A stretch of DNA of 64,000 bases from Auanema rhodensis (GCA_964057225.1 OZ059896.1:12648001-12712000), one strand, 5' to 3'. Positions 28,243 through 40,759 are shown, counted from the stretch's first letter. Made by a program: numbers and translations. Notes: generated by a model from the sequence alone, not told the origin.

Positions 28243-28423
28243 GATTTAGAAAATATTAGAATCTGGAGCTCAGACTACAATTTAGAAATCTAAAAAAAAT
28301 CGATAATGGCTAGGAATTATGTTGCTAAAAAATGGAGCTGAATTCATTTTTTAAAACTAACTTTGAAATGTATTATTTTGGAAATTAAAATGATTCAGCT
28401 TCATTTTTAATATTCAAATTTAG

Positions 28424-29452
28424 ATGGTTCAAGGCAGAAGATACAGCAACGAGATGAGGGAGATAGTCCTCAGGCTCAAAGACGAAGGGTTTGCAACCCG
28501 AAAAATTGCTGCTTTTACGGCTATCTCGAAGAGCTGCGTTCAAGCCATCATCAAGGATCACAGCCAAGGAGTAGCAATGATAAAGAAGACAAAACCAGGG
28601 CGCCCACCGAAGACCACACCATCACAGGACAACACCATCGTCCGCTTGGCTCAACGTCATCCAGAATTGACGTCAAAACAGCTGACAGAACACCTTGCTA
28701 TGATGTATAGGGTCAATCTTGACCCTAGCAATATTAGAAGGCGTCTCCTGAAGCGTGGTTTGAGAGCAAGAAGACCTGCCATCAAACCGCTTGTTAGTGC
28801 CAAGAACCGGCAAGCGAGGCTAGAATTTGCTCGGGCTCATCTTCATTGGACACCAGAAGATTGGAGCAGAGTCATCTTCACAGATGAGAGCAAATTCTGC
28901 CTTTTTGGCAATGATGGACCTGGCTTTGTCAGAAGGCCCGTTGGTGAGCGTTACAACCACCGTTATTTCAAGCCTTCCTTCAAACATGGAGGTGGAAACG
29001 TAATGGTGTGGGGTTGTTTCACCAGCGAGGAAGTTGGACCACTGTTTAGGATTGAAGGACGCATGTGTGCTTCCGACTATCAGAATATTCTCTCTGAAGT
29101 CTTCCTGCCGTATGCTTTGGATCGATTCCGCACGCGGAATAGATTCATCTTCCAGCAGGACAACGACCCAAAGCACACTGCTCATTCAACTAAACAGTGG
29201 TTTCAGCAAAATAGGGTCACTCTCTTACCCTGGCATAGTCGATCGCCCGATCTGAATCCGATCGAAGATCTATGGAGAGATTTGGGAAGAAGGGCGGCTC
29301 AATTTCCGTCATCGAACAAGGACGAGAAGTTCAGATGCCTAAGAATCCTCTGGCGAGAAACTTCTCCGGGTATTTTGAAGAAGCTCGTCAATTCGATGAA
29401 TAGAAGGCTCAAAGCTGTGATTGATAATTTCGGGTATCCGACAAAATATTAA
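28424..29452 (+). CDS. Tc1-like transposase, 342 aa (DD34E)
   Basis: N-terminal HTH-like region, GRPPKT linker, basic NLS-like segment, VIFTDESKF (D1), FKHGGGNVMVWGCF, FQQDNDPKH (D2), SPDLNPIE (E, with 34 residues between D2 and E), C-terminal GYPTKY. Confidence 0.97.
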   Translation: MVQGRRYSNEMREIVLRLKDEGFATRKIAAFTAISKSCVQAIIKDHSQGVAMIKKTKPGRPPKTTPSQDNTIVRLAQRHPELTSKQLTEHLAMMYRVNLDPSNIRRRLLKRGLRARRPAIKPLVSAKNRQARLEFARAHLHWTPEDWSRVIFTDESKFCLFGNDGPGFVRRPVGERYNHRYFKPSFKHGGGNVMVWGCFTSEEVGPLFRIEGRMCASDYQNILSEVFLPYALDRFRTRNRFIFQQDNDPKHTAHSTKQWFQQNRVTLLPWHSRSPDLNPIEDLWRDLGRRAAQFPSSNKDEKFRCLRILWRETSPGILKKLVNSMNRRLKAVIDNFGYPTKY

Positions 29453-29456
29453 TAAA
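29451..29456 (+). promoter_or_regulatory. Putative polyadenylation signal AATAAA overlapping the transposase stop codon (also 35869-35874, 40611-40616)
   Basis: TAT-TAA-TAAAG followed by a T-rich downstream tract. Confidence 0.6.
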
Positions 29457-29572
29457 GTCTTAATTTTTTGGTTTTTTTTGCATTTTTCGATTTGTGGTCT
29501 GCTCACCATTTCTATTTTTCATAGTTTTTAATTTTTTGTAGTCTCACTACTTCAGGAGACCATTCGAAAGTT

Positions 29573-29599
29573 TTGCCCTTTTTCTTTTACACATGACTG
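29573..29599 (-). repeat. Right TIR of Tc1 copy 1 (27 bp)
   Basis: TTGCCCTTTTTCTTTTACACATGACTG followed by TA. Confidence 0.97.
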
Positions 29600-32500
29600 T
29601 ATATTTAGAGCAAAACAAGTGCGGAAAAGTCGTTATCTCGTTAACATTAGTTTCACTGCCCAAAACTCTGTTTATTGTCACTCTACTTGCTATTTCGAGA
29701 GAAACGTTCACAGATATATATGAATATTTACTACACTAGCAAGCAGAAGAAAACCTTATACTAGTTCATTGTTTTTTTTTAAATTTTTTTCGGTATATTT
29801 AATTTTTCACTGTCAAATCGGCAACACTAGCAAGCAGAAAAAAACCTTATACTAGTTCATTGTTTTTTTTTTAAATTTTTTTCGGTATATTTTTTTTTTC
29901 ACTGTCAAATCGACAATCACCTGCTGCACATGTGCGAGCTATTCGAGTGACCGATGCCCAAACGAGCCACGCTTAGAAAATGAGGCTGACATAACACGTT
30001 TTTCACTCCTACCCAGATTGATTGCTTTAGAGACATTTCTGTCTTATCTCATTATATTCTCTACTTTGACTTTGATTTTTCTAAAATTTCATTAATGTAT
30101 AATTCAAAATATTATTTCTTGTGATCAGATTGTTAATCGTTATATCTGTAAACGTTTAACTCGAAATAGCAAGTAGAGTGTTCAGTTGTACTCACTTAAC
30201 AAAGAAAGTAGAAGAACATATACATTTAGAGCAAAAAAAGTGCGGAAAAGTCGTTATCTCGTTAACATTAGTTTCACTGCCCAAAACTCTGTTTATTGTC
30301 ACTCTACTTGCTATTTCGAGAGAAACGTTTACAGATGTATATGAATATTTACTACACTAGCAAGCAGAAGAAAACCTTATACTAGTTCATTGTTTTTTTT
30401 GAAATTTTTTTCGGTATATTTATTTTTTCACTGTCAAATCGGCAAGCACCTGCTGCACATGTGCGAGCTATTCGAGTGACCGATGCCCAAACGAGCCACG
30501 CTTAGAAAATGAGGCTGACATAACACGTTTTTCACTCCTACCCAGATTGATTGCTTTAGAGACATTTCTGTCTTATCTCATTATATTCTCTACTTTGACT
30601 TTGATTTTTCTAAAATTTCATTAATGTATAATTCAAAATATTATTTCTTGTGATCAGATTGTTAATCGTTATATCTGTAAACGTTCCTCTCGAAATAGCA
30701 AGTAGAGTGTTCAGTTGTACCCACTTAACAAAGAAAGTAGAAGAACATATATATTTAGAGCAAAAAAAGTGCGGAAAAGTCGTTATCTCGTTAACATCAG
30801 TTTCACTGCCCAAAACTCTGTTTATTGTCATTCTACTTGCTATTTCGAGAGAAACGTTCACAGATATATATGAATATTTACTACACTAGCAAGCAGAAGA
30901 AAACCTTATACTACTTCATTGTTTTTTTTTAATTTTTTTCGGTATATTTGTTTTTTCACTGTCAAATCGGCAAACACCTGCTGCACATGTGCGAGCTATT
31001 CGGGTGACCGATGCTCAAACGAGCCACGCTTAGAAAATGAGGCTGACATAACACGTTTTTCACTCCTACCCAGATTGATTGCTTTAGAGACATTTCTGTC
31101 TTATCTCATTATATTCTCTACTTTGACTTTGATTTTTCTAAAATTTCATTAATGTATAATTCAAAATATCATTTCTTGTGATCAGATTGTTAATCGTTAT
31201 ATCTGTAAACGTTTCTCTCGAAATAGCAAGTGGAGTGTTCAGTTGTACCCACTTAACAAAGAAAGTAGAAGAACAAATATATTTAGAGCAAAAAAAGTGC
31301 GGAAAAGTCGTTATCTCGTTAACATCAGTTTCACTGTTCAAAACTCTGTTTATTGTCACTCTACTTGCTATTTCGAGAGAAACGTTTACAGATATATATG
31401 AATATTTACTACACTAGCAAGCAGAAGAAAACCTTATACTAGTTCATTGTTTTTTTTAAAATTTTTTTCGGTATATTTATTTTTTCACTTTCAAATCGGC
31501 AACACTAGGAAGCAGAAGAAAACCTTATACTAGTTCATTGTTTTTTTTTTTAAATTTTTTTCGGTATATTTTTTTTTCACTGTCAAATCGACAATCACCT
31601 GCTGCACATGTGCGAGCTATTCGAGTGACCGATGCCCAAACGAGCCACGCTTAGAAAATGAGGCTGACATAACACGTTTTTGACTCCTACCCAGATTGAT
31701 TGCTTTAGAGACATTTCTGTCTTATCTCATTATATTCTCTACTTTGACTTTGATTTTTCTAAAATTTCATTAATGTATAATTCAAAATATTATTTCTTGT
31801 GATCAGATTGTTAATCGTTATATCTGTAAACGTTTCTCTCGAAATAGCAAGTAGAGTGTTCAGTTGTACTCACTTAACAAAGAAAGTAGAAGAACATATA
31901 CATTTAGAGCAAAAAAAGTGCGGAAAAGTCGTTATCTCGTTAACATTAGTTTCACTGCCCAAAACTCTGCTTATTGTCACTCTACTTGCTATTTCGAGAG
32001 AAACGTTTACAGATGTATATGAATATTTACTACACTAGCAAGCAGAAGAAAACCTTATACTAGTTCATTGTTTTTTTTTAATTTTTTTTGGTATATTTAT
32101 TTTTTCACTGTCAAATCGGCAAGCACCTGCTGCACATGTGCGAGCTATTCGAGTGACCGATGCCCAAACGAGCCACGCTTAGAAAATGAGGCTGACATAA
32201 CACATTTTTCACTCCCACCCAGATTGATTGCTTTAGAGACATTTCTGTCTTATCTCATTATACTCTCTACTTTGACTTTGATTTTTCTAAAATTTCATTA
32301 ATGTATAATTCAAAATATCATTTCTCGTGATCAGCTTGTTAATCGTTATATCTGTAAACGTTTCTCTCGAAATAGCAAGTAGAGTGTAAAGTTGTACCCA
32401 CTTAACAAAGAAAGTAGAAGAACATATATATTTAGAGCAAAAAAAGTGCGGAAAAGTCGTTATCTCGTTAACATCAGTTTCACTGTTCAAAACTCTGTTT

Positions 32501-34633
32501 ATTGTCACTCTACTTGCTATTTCGAGAGAAACGTTCACAGATATATATGAATATTTACTACACTAGCAAGCAGAAGAAAACCTTATACTACTTCATTGTT
32601 TTTTTTTAATTTTTTTCGGTATATTTGTTTTTTCACTGTCAAATCGGCAAACACCTGCTGCACATGTGCGAGCTATTCGGGTGACCGATGCTCAAACGAG
32701 CCACGCTTAGAAAATGAGGCTGACATAACACGTTTTTCACTCCTACTCAGATTGATTGCTTTAGAGACATTTCTGTCTTATCTCATTATTTTCTCTACTT
32801 TGACTTTGATTTTTCTAAAATTTCATTAATGTATAATTCAAAATATCATTTCTTGTGATCAGATTGTTAATCGTTATATCTGTAAACGTTTCTCTCGAAA
32901 TAGCAAGTGGAGTGTTCAGTTGTACCCACTTAACAAAGAAAGTAGAAGAACATATATATTTAGAGCAAAAAAAGTGCGGAAAAGTCGTTATCTCGTTAAC
33001 ATCAGTTTCACTGTTCAAAACTCTGTTTATTGTCACTCTACTTGCTATTTCGAGAGAAACGTTTACAGATATATATGAATATTTACTACACTAGCAAGCA
33101 GAAGAAAACCTTATACTAGTTCATTGTTTTTTTTTAAATTTTTTTCGGTATATTTATTTTTTCACTTTCAAATCGGCAACACTAGGAAGCAGAAGAAAAC
33201 CTTATACTAGTTCATTGTTTTTTTTTTTTAATTTTTTTCGGTATATTTTTTTTTCACTGTCAAATCGACAATCACCTGCTGCACATGTGCGAGCTATTCG
33301 AGTGACCGATGCCCAAACGAGCCACGCTTAGAAAATGAGGCTGACATAACACGTTTTTGACTCCTACCCAGATTGATTGCTTTAGAGACATTTCTGTCTT
33401 ATCTCATTATATTCTCTACTTTGACTTTGATTTTTCTAAAATTTCATTAATGTATAATTCAAAATATTATTTCTTGTGATCAGATTGTTAATCGTTATAT
33501 CTGTAAACGTTTCTCTCGAAATAGCAAGTAGAGTGTTCAGTTGTACTCACTTAACAAAGAAAGTAGAAGAACATATACATTTAGAGCAAAAAAAGTGCGG
33601 AAAAGTCGTTATCTCGTTAACATTAGTTTCACTGCCCAAAACTCTGCTTATTGTCACTCTACTTGCTATTTCGAGAGAAACGTTTACAGATGTATATGAA
33701 TATTTACTACACTAGCAAGCAGAAGAAAACCTTATACTAGTTCATTGTTTTTTTTTAATTTTTTTTGGTATATTTATTTTTTCACTGTCAAATCGGCAAG
33801 CACCTGCTGCACATGTGCGAGCTATTCGAGTTACCGATGCCCAAACGAGCCACGCTTAGAAAATGAGGCTGACATAACACATTTTTCACTCCCACCCAGA
33901 TTGATTGCTTTAGAGACATTTCTGTCTTATCTCATTATACTCTCTACTTTGACTTTGATTTTTCTAAAATTTCATTAATGTATAATTCAAAATATCATTT
34001 CTCGTGATCAGCTTGTTAATCGTTATATCTGTAAACGTTTCTCTCGAAATAGCAAGTAGAGTGTAAAGTTGTACCCACTTAACAAAGAAAGTAGAAGAAC
34101 ATATATATTTAGAGCAAAAAAAGTGCGGAAAAGTCGTTATCTCGTTAACATCAGTTTCACTGTTCAAAACTCTGTTTATTGTCACTCTACTTGCTATTTC
34201 GAGAGAAACGTTCACAGATATATATGAATATTTACTACACTAGCAAGCAGAAGAAAACCTTATACTACTTCATTGTTTTTTTTTAATTTTTTTCGGTATA
34301 TTTGTTTTTTCACTGTCAAATCGGCAAACACCTGCTGCACATGTGCGAGCTATTCGGGTGACCGATGCTCAAACGAGCCACGCTTAGAAAATGAGGCTGA
34401 CATAACACGTTTTTCACTCCTACTCAGATTGATTGCTTTAGAGACATTTCTGTCTTATCTCATTATTTTCTCTACTTTGACTTTGATTTTTCTAAAATTT
34501 CATTAATGTATAATTCAAAATATCATTTCTTGTGATCAGATTGTTAATCGTTATACCTGTAAACGTTTCTCTCGAAATAGCAAGTGGAGTGTTCAGTTGA
34601 ACCCACTTAACAAAGAAAGTAGAAGAACATATA

Positions 34634-36017
34634 CAGTCATGTGTAAAAGAAAAAGGGCAAGATTTAGAAAATATTAGAATCTGGAGCTCAGACTACAATT
34701 TAGAAATCTAAAAAAAATCGATAATGGCTAGGAATTATGTTGCTAAAAAATGGAGCTGAATTCATTTTTTAAAACTAACTTTGAAATGTATTATTTTGGA
34801 AATTAAAATGATTCAGCTTCATTTTTAATATTCAAATTTAGATGGTTCAAGGCAGAAGATACAGCAACGAGATGAGGGAGATAGTCCTCAGGCTCAAAGA
34901 CGAAGGGTTTGCAACCCGAAAAATTGCTGCTTTTACGGCTATCTCGAAGAGCTGCGTTCAAGCCATCATCAAGGATCACAGCCAAGGAGTAGCAATGATA
35001 AAGAAGACAAAACCAGGGCGCCCACCGAAGACCACACCATCACAGGACAACACCATCGTCCGCTTGGCTCAACGTCATCCAGAATTGACGTCAAAACAGC
35101 TGACAGAACACCTTGCTATGATGTATAGGGTCAATCTTGACCCTAGCAATATTAGAAGGCGTCTCCTGAAGCGTGGTTTGAGAGCAAGAAGACCTGCCAT
35201 CAAACCGCTTGTTAGTGCCAAGAACCGGCAAGCGAGGCTAGAATTTGCTCGGGCTCATCTTCATTGGACACCAGAAGATTGGAGCAGAGTCATCTTCACA
35301 GATGAGAGCAAATTCTGCCTTTTTGGCAATGATGGACCTGGCTTTGTCAGAAGGCCCGTTGGTGAGCGTTACAACCACCGTTATTTCAAGCCTTCCTTCA
35401 AACATGGAGGTGGAAACGTAATGGTGTGGGGTTGTTTCACCAGCGAGGAAGTTGGACCACTGTTTAGGATTGAAGGACGCATGTGTGCTTCCGACTATCA
35501 GAATATTCTCTCTGAAGTCTTCCTGCCGTATGCTTTGGATCGATTCCGCACGCGGAATAGATTCATCTTCCAGCAGGACAACGACCCAAAGCACACTGCT
35601 CATTCAACTAAACAGTGGTTTCAGCAAAATAGGGTCACTCTCTTACCCTGGCATAGTCGATCGCCCGATCTGAATCCGATCGAAGATCTATGGAGAGATT
35701 TGGGAAGAAGGGCGGCTCAATTTCCGTCATCGAACAAGGACGAGAAGTTCAGATGCCTAAGAATCCTCTGGCGAGAAACTTCTCCGGGTATTTTGAAGAA
35801 GCTCGTCAATTCGATGAATAGAAGGCTCAAAGCTGTGATTGATAATTTCGGGTATCCGACAAAATATTAATAAAGTCTTAATTTTTTGGTTTTTTTTGCA
35901 TTTTTCGATTTGTGGTCTGCTCACCATTTCTATTTTTCATAGTTTTTAATTTTTTGTAGTCTCACTACTTCAGGAGACCATTCGAAAGTTTTGCCCTTTT
36001 TCTTTTACACATGACTG
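34634..36017 (+). mobile_element. Tc1-family transposon, full length, copy 2
   Basis: Same TIRs (34634-34660, 35991-36017), TA TSD and target position; offset 6,418 bp from copy 1. Confidence 0.98.
34842..35870 (+). CDS. Tc1-like transposase, 342 aa (DD34E), protein identical to copy 1
   Basis: Translation identical to 28424-29452. Confidence 0.97.
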   Translation: MVQGRRYSNEMREIVLRLKDEGFATRKIAAFTAISKSCVQAIIKDHSQGVAMIKKTKPGRPPKTTPSQDNTIVRLAQRHPELTSKQLTEHLAMMYRVNLDPSNIRRRLLKRGLRARRPAIKPLVSAKNRQARLEFARAHLHWTPEDWSRVIFTDESKFCLFGNDGPGFVRRPVGERYNHRYFKPSFKHGGGNVMVWGCFTSEEVGPLFRIEGRMCASDYQNILSEVFLPYALDRFRTRNRFIFQQDNDPKHTAHSTKQWFQQNRVTLLPWHSRSPDLNPIEDLWRDLGRRAAQFPSSNKDEKFRCLRILWRETSPGILKKLVNSMNRRLKAVIDNFGYPTKY

Positions 36018-39000
36018 TATATTTAGAGCAAAACAAGTGCGGAAAAGTCGTTATCTCGTTAACATTAGTTTCACTGCCCAAAACTCTGTTTATTGTCACT
36101 CTACTTGCTATTTCGAGAGAAACGTTCACAGATATATATGAATATTTACTACACTAGCAAGCAGAAGAAAACCTTATACTAGTTCATTGTTTTTTTTTAA
36201 ATTTTTTTCGGTATATTTAATTTTTCACTGTCAAATCGGCAACACTAGCAAGCAGAAAAAAACCTTATACTAGTTCATTGTTTTTTTTTTTAATTTTTTT
36301 CGGTATATTTTTTTTTTCACTGTCAAATCGACAATCACCTGCTGCACATGTGCGAGCTATTCGAGTGACCGATGCCCAAACGAGCCACGCTTAGAAAATG
36401 AGGCTGACATAACACGTTTTTCACTCCTACCCAGATTGATTGCTTTAGAGACATTTCTGTCTTATCTCATTATATTCTCTACTTTGACTTTGATTTTTCT
36501 AAAATTTCATTAATGTATAATTCAAAATATTATTTCTTGTGATCAGATTGTTAATCGTTATATCTGTAAACGTTTAACTCGAAATAGCAAGTAGAGTGTT
36601 CAGTTGTACTCACTTAACAAAGAAAGTAGAAGAACATATACATTTAGAGCAAAAAAAGTGCGGAAAAGTCGTTATCTCGTTAACATTAGTTTCACTGCCC
36701 AAAACTCTGTTTATTGTCACTCTACTTGCTATTTCGAGAGAAACGTTTACAGATGTATATGAATATTTACTACACTAGCAAGCAGAAGAAAACCTTATAC
36801 TAGTTCATTGTTTTTTTTGAAATTTTTTTCGGTATATTTATTTTTTCACTGTCAAATCGGCAAGCACCTGCTGCACATGTGCGAGCTATTCGAGTGACCG
36901 ATGCCCAAACGAGCCACGCTTAGAAAATGAGGCTGACATAACACGTTTTTCACTCCTACCCAGATTGATTGCTTTAGAGACATTTCTGTCTTATCTCATT
37001 ATATTCTCTACTTTGACTTTGATTTTTCTAAAATTTCATTAATGTATAATTCAAAATATTATTTCTTGTGATCAGATTGTTAATCGTTATATCTGTAAAC
37101 GTTCCTCTCGAAATAGCAAGTAGAGTGTTCAGTTGTACCCACTTAACAAAGAAAGTAGAAGAACATATATATTTAGAGCAAAAAAAGTGCGGAAAAGTCG
37201 TTATCTCGTTAACATCAGTTTCACTGCCCAAAACTCTGTTTATTGTCATTCTACTTGCTATTTCGAGAGAAACGTTCACAGATATATATGAATATTTACT
37301 ACACTAGCAAGCAGAAGAAAACCTTATACTACTTCATTGTTTTTTTTTAATTTTTTTCGGTATATTTGTTTTTTCACTGTCAAATCGGCAAACACCTGCT
37401 GCACATGTGCGAGCTATTCGGGTGACCGATGCTCAAACGAGCCACGCTTAGAAAATGAGGCTGACATAACACGTTTTTCACTCCTACCCAGATTGATTGC
37501 TTTAGAGACATTTCTGTCTTATCTCATTATATTCTCTACTTTGACTTTGATTTTTCTAAAATTTCATTAATGTATAATTCAAAATATCATTTCTTGTGAT
37601 CAGATTGTTAATCGTTATATCTGTAAACGTTTCTCTCGAAATAGCAAGTGGAGTGTTCAGTTGTACCCACTTAACAAAGAAAGTAGAAGAACATATATAT
37701 TTAGAGCAAAAAAAGTGCGGAAAAGTCGTTATCTCGTTAACATCAGTTTCACTGTTCAAAACTCTGTTTATTGTCACTCTACTTGCTATTTCGAGAGAAA
37801 CGTTTACAGATATATATGAATATTTACTACACTAGCAAGCAGAAGAAAACCTTATACTAGTTCATTGTTTTTTTTTAAATTTTTTTCGGTATATTTATTT
37901 TTTCACTTTCAAATCGGCAACACTAGGAAGCAGAAGAAAACCTTATACTAGTTCATTGTTTTTTTTTTAAATTTTTTTCGGTATATTTTTTTTTTCACTG
38001 TCAAATCGACAATCACCTGCTGCACATGTGCGAGCTATTCGAGTGACCGATGCCCAAACGAGCCACGCTTAGAAAATGAGGCTGACATAACACGTTTTTG
38101 ACTCCTACCCAGATTGATTGCTTTAGAGACATTTCTGTCTTATCTCATTATATTCTCTACTTTGACTTTGATTTTTCTAAAATTTCATTAATGTATAATT
38201 CAAAATATTATTTCTTGTGATCAGATTGTTAATCGTTATATCTGTAAACGTTTCTCTCGAAATAGCAAGTAGAGTGTTCAGTTGTACTCACTTAACAAAG
38301 AAAGTAGAAGAACATATACATTTAGAGCAAAAAAAGTGCGGAAAAGTCGTTATCTCGTTAACATTAGTTTCACTGCCCAAAACTCTGCTTATTGTCACTC
38401 TACTTGCTATTTCGAGAGAAACGTTTACAGATGTATCTGAATATTTACTACACTAGCAAGCAGAAGAAAACCTTATACTAGTTCATTGTTTTTTTTGAAA
38501 TTTTTTTCGGTATATTTATTTTTTCACTGTCAAATCGGCAAGCACCTGCTGCACATGTGCGAGCTATTCGAGTGACCGATGCCCAAACGAGCCACGCTTA
38601 GAAAATGAGGCTGACATAACACGTTTTTCACTCCTACCCAGATTGATTGCTTTAGAGACATTTCTGTCTTATCTCATTATATTCTCTACTTTGACTTTGA
38701 TTTTTCTAAAATTTCATTAATGTATAATTCAAAATATTATTTCTTGTGATCAGATTGTTAATCGTTATATCTGTAAACGTTCCTCTCGAAATAGCAAGTA
38801 GAGTGTTCAGTTGTACCCACTTAACAAAGAAAGTAGAAGAACATATATATTTAGAGCAAAAAAAGTGCGGAAAAGTCGTTATCTCGTTAACATCAGTTTC
38901 ACTGCCCAAAACTCTGTTTATTGTCATTCTACTTGCTATTTCGAGAGAAACGTTCACAGATATATATGAATATTTACTACACTAGCAAGCAGAAGAAAAC

Positions 39001-39375
39001 CTTATACTACTTCATTGTTTTTTTTTAATTTTTTTCGGTATATTTGTTTTTTCACTGTCAAATCGGCAAACACCTGCTGCACATGTGCGAGCTATTCGGG
39101 TGACCGATGCTCAAACGAGCCACGCTTAGAAAATGAGGCTGACATAACACGTTTTTCACTCCTACTCAGATTGATTGCTTTAGAGACATTTCTGTCTTAT
39201 CTCATTATTTTCTCTACTTTGACTTTGATTTTTCTAAAATTTCATTAATGTATAATTCAAAATATCATTTCTTGTGATCAGATTGTTAATCGTTATACCT
39301 GTAAACGTTTCTCTCGAAATAGCAAGTGGAGTGTTCAGTTGAACCCACTTAACAAAGAAAGTAGAAGAACATATA

Positions 39376-40759
39376 CAGTCATGTGTAAAAGAAAAAGGGC
39401 AAGATTTAGAAAATATTAGAATCTGGAGCTCAGACTACAATTTAGAAATCTAAAAAAAATCGATAATGGCTAGGAATTATGTTGCTAAAAAATGGAGCTG
39501 AATTCATTTTTTAAAACTAACTTTGAAATGTATTATTTTGGAAATTAAAATGATTCAGCTTCATTTTTAATATTCAAATTTAGATGGTTCAAGGCAGAAG
39601 ATACAGCAACGAGATGAGGGAGATAGTCCTCAGGCTCAAAGACGAAGGGTTTGCAACCCGAAAAATTGCTGCTTTTACGGCTATCTCGAAGAGCTGCGTT
39701 CAAGCCATCATCAAGGATCACAGCCAAGGAGTAGCAATGATAAAGAAGACAAAACCAGGGCGCCCACCGAAGACCACACCATCACAGGACAACACCATCG
39801 TCCGCTTGGCTCAACGTCATCCAGAATTGACGTCAAAACAGCTGACAGAACACCTTGCTATGATGTATAGGGTCAATCTTGACCCTAGCAATATTAGAAG
39901 GCGTCTCCTGAAGCGTGGTTTGAGAGCAAGAAGACCTGCCATCAAACCGCTTGTTAGTGCCAAGAACCGGCAAGCGAGGCTAGAATTTGCTCGGGCTCAT
40001 CTTCATTGGACACCAGAAGATTGGAGCAGAGTCATCTTCACAGATGAGAGCAAATTCTGCCTTTTTGGCAATGATGGACCTGGCTTTGTCAGAAGGCCCG
40101 TTGGTGAGCGTTACAACCACCGTTATTTCAAGCCTTCCTTCAAACATGGAGGTGGAAACGTAATGGTGTGGGGTTGTTTCACCAGCGAGGAAGTTGGACC
40201 ACTGTTTAGGATTGAAGGACGCATGTGTGCTTCCGACTATCAGAATATTCTCTCTGAAGTCTTCCTGCCGTATGCTTTGGATCGATTCCGCACGCGGAAT
40301 AGATTCATCTTCCAGCAGGACAACGACCCAAAGCACACTGCTCATTCAACTAAACAGTGGTTTCAGCAAAATAGGGTCACTCTCTTACCCTGGCATAGTC
40401 AATCGCCCGATCTGAATCCGATCGAACATCTATGGAGAGATTTGGGAAGAAGGGCGGCTCAATTTCCGTCATCGAACAAGGACGAGAAGTTCAGATGCCT
40501 AAGAATCCTCTGGCGAGAAACTTCTCCGGGTATTTTGAAGAAGCTCGTCAATTCGATGAATAGAAGGCTCAAAGCTGTGATTGATAATTTCGGGTATCCG
40601 ACAAAATATTAATAAAGTCTTAATTTTTTGGTTTTTTTTGCATTTTTCGATTTGTGGTCTGCTCACCATTTCTATTTTTCATAGTTTTTAATTTTTTGTA
40701 GTCTCACTACTTCAGGAGACCATTCGAAAGTTTTGCCCTTTTTCTTTTACACATGACTG
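39376..40759 (+). mobile_element. Tc1-family transposon, full length, copy 3
   Basis: Same TIRs (39376-39402, 40733-40759), TA TSD and target position; offset 4,742 bp from copy 2. Confidence 0.98.
39584..40612 (+). CDS. Tc1-like transposase, 342 aa (DD34E), allele with SQSPDLNPIEHLW
   Basis: Differs from copies 1 and 2 at two residues (Q vs R; H vs D) and matches the usual Tc1 motif. Confidence 0.97.
   Translation: MVQGRRYSNEMREIVLRLKDEGFATRKIAAFTAISKSCVQAIIKDHSQGVAMIKKTKPGRPPKTTPSQDNTIVRLAQRHPELTSKQLTEHLAMMYRVNLDPSNIRRRLLKRGLRARRPAIKPLVSAKNRQARLEFARAHLHWTPEDWSRVIFTDESKFCLFGNDGPGFVRRPVGERYNHRYFKPSFKHGGGNVMVWGCFTSEEVGPLFRIEGRMCASDYQNILSEVFLPYALDRFRTRNRFIFQQDNDPKHTAHSTKQWFQQNRVTLLPWHSQSPDLNPIEHLWRDLGRRAAQFPSSNKDEKFRCLRILWRETSPGILKKLVNSMNRRLKAVIDNFGYPTKY

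Larger units (their letters stand above)
28216..29599 (+). mobile_element. Tc1-family (IS630-Tc1-mariner, DD34E) DNA transposon, full length, 1,384 bp, copy 1
   Basis: 27-bp perfect TIRs CAGTCATGTGTAAAAGAAAAAGGGCAA, flanked by TA (28214-15, 29600-01). Removing the element plus one TA restores the empty monomer site GAACATATATATTTAGAG. Single transposase ORF. Confidence 0.98.
27300..38470 (+). repeat. Segmental duplication with 6,418-bp offset (~27.3-32.0 kb repeated at ~33.7-38.5 kb) including the Tc1; boundaries approximate
   Basis: 27327->33745, 27855->34273, 28424->34842, 30178->36596, 30650->37068, 31178->37596 and 31799->38217 are all +6418. Confidence 0.92.

Noticed and set aside
28385-29255. 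Alternative-frame and antisense ORFs in the Tc1 (60, 121, 73 aa; same in other copies)
   Set aside because: Shadow ORFs of the transposase with no independent evidence.
30211-30232. GAACATATACATTTAG variant (also ~31901, 33578, 36641, 38319) resembling a Tc1 excision footprint (TA+CA)
   Set aside because: Length-neutral, whereas a classic footprint adds bases, and these monomers lack the SNPs flanking the insertion. A T>C transition is simpler.
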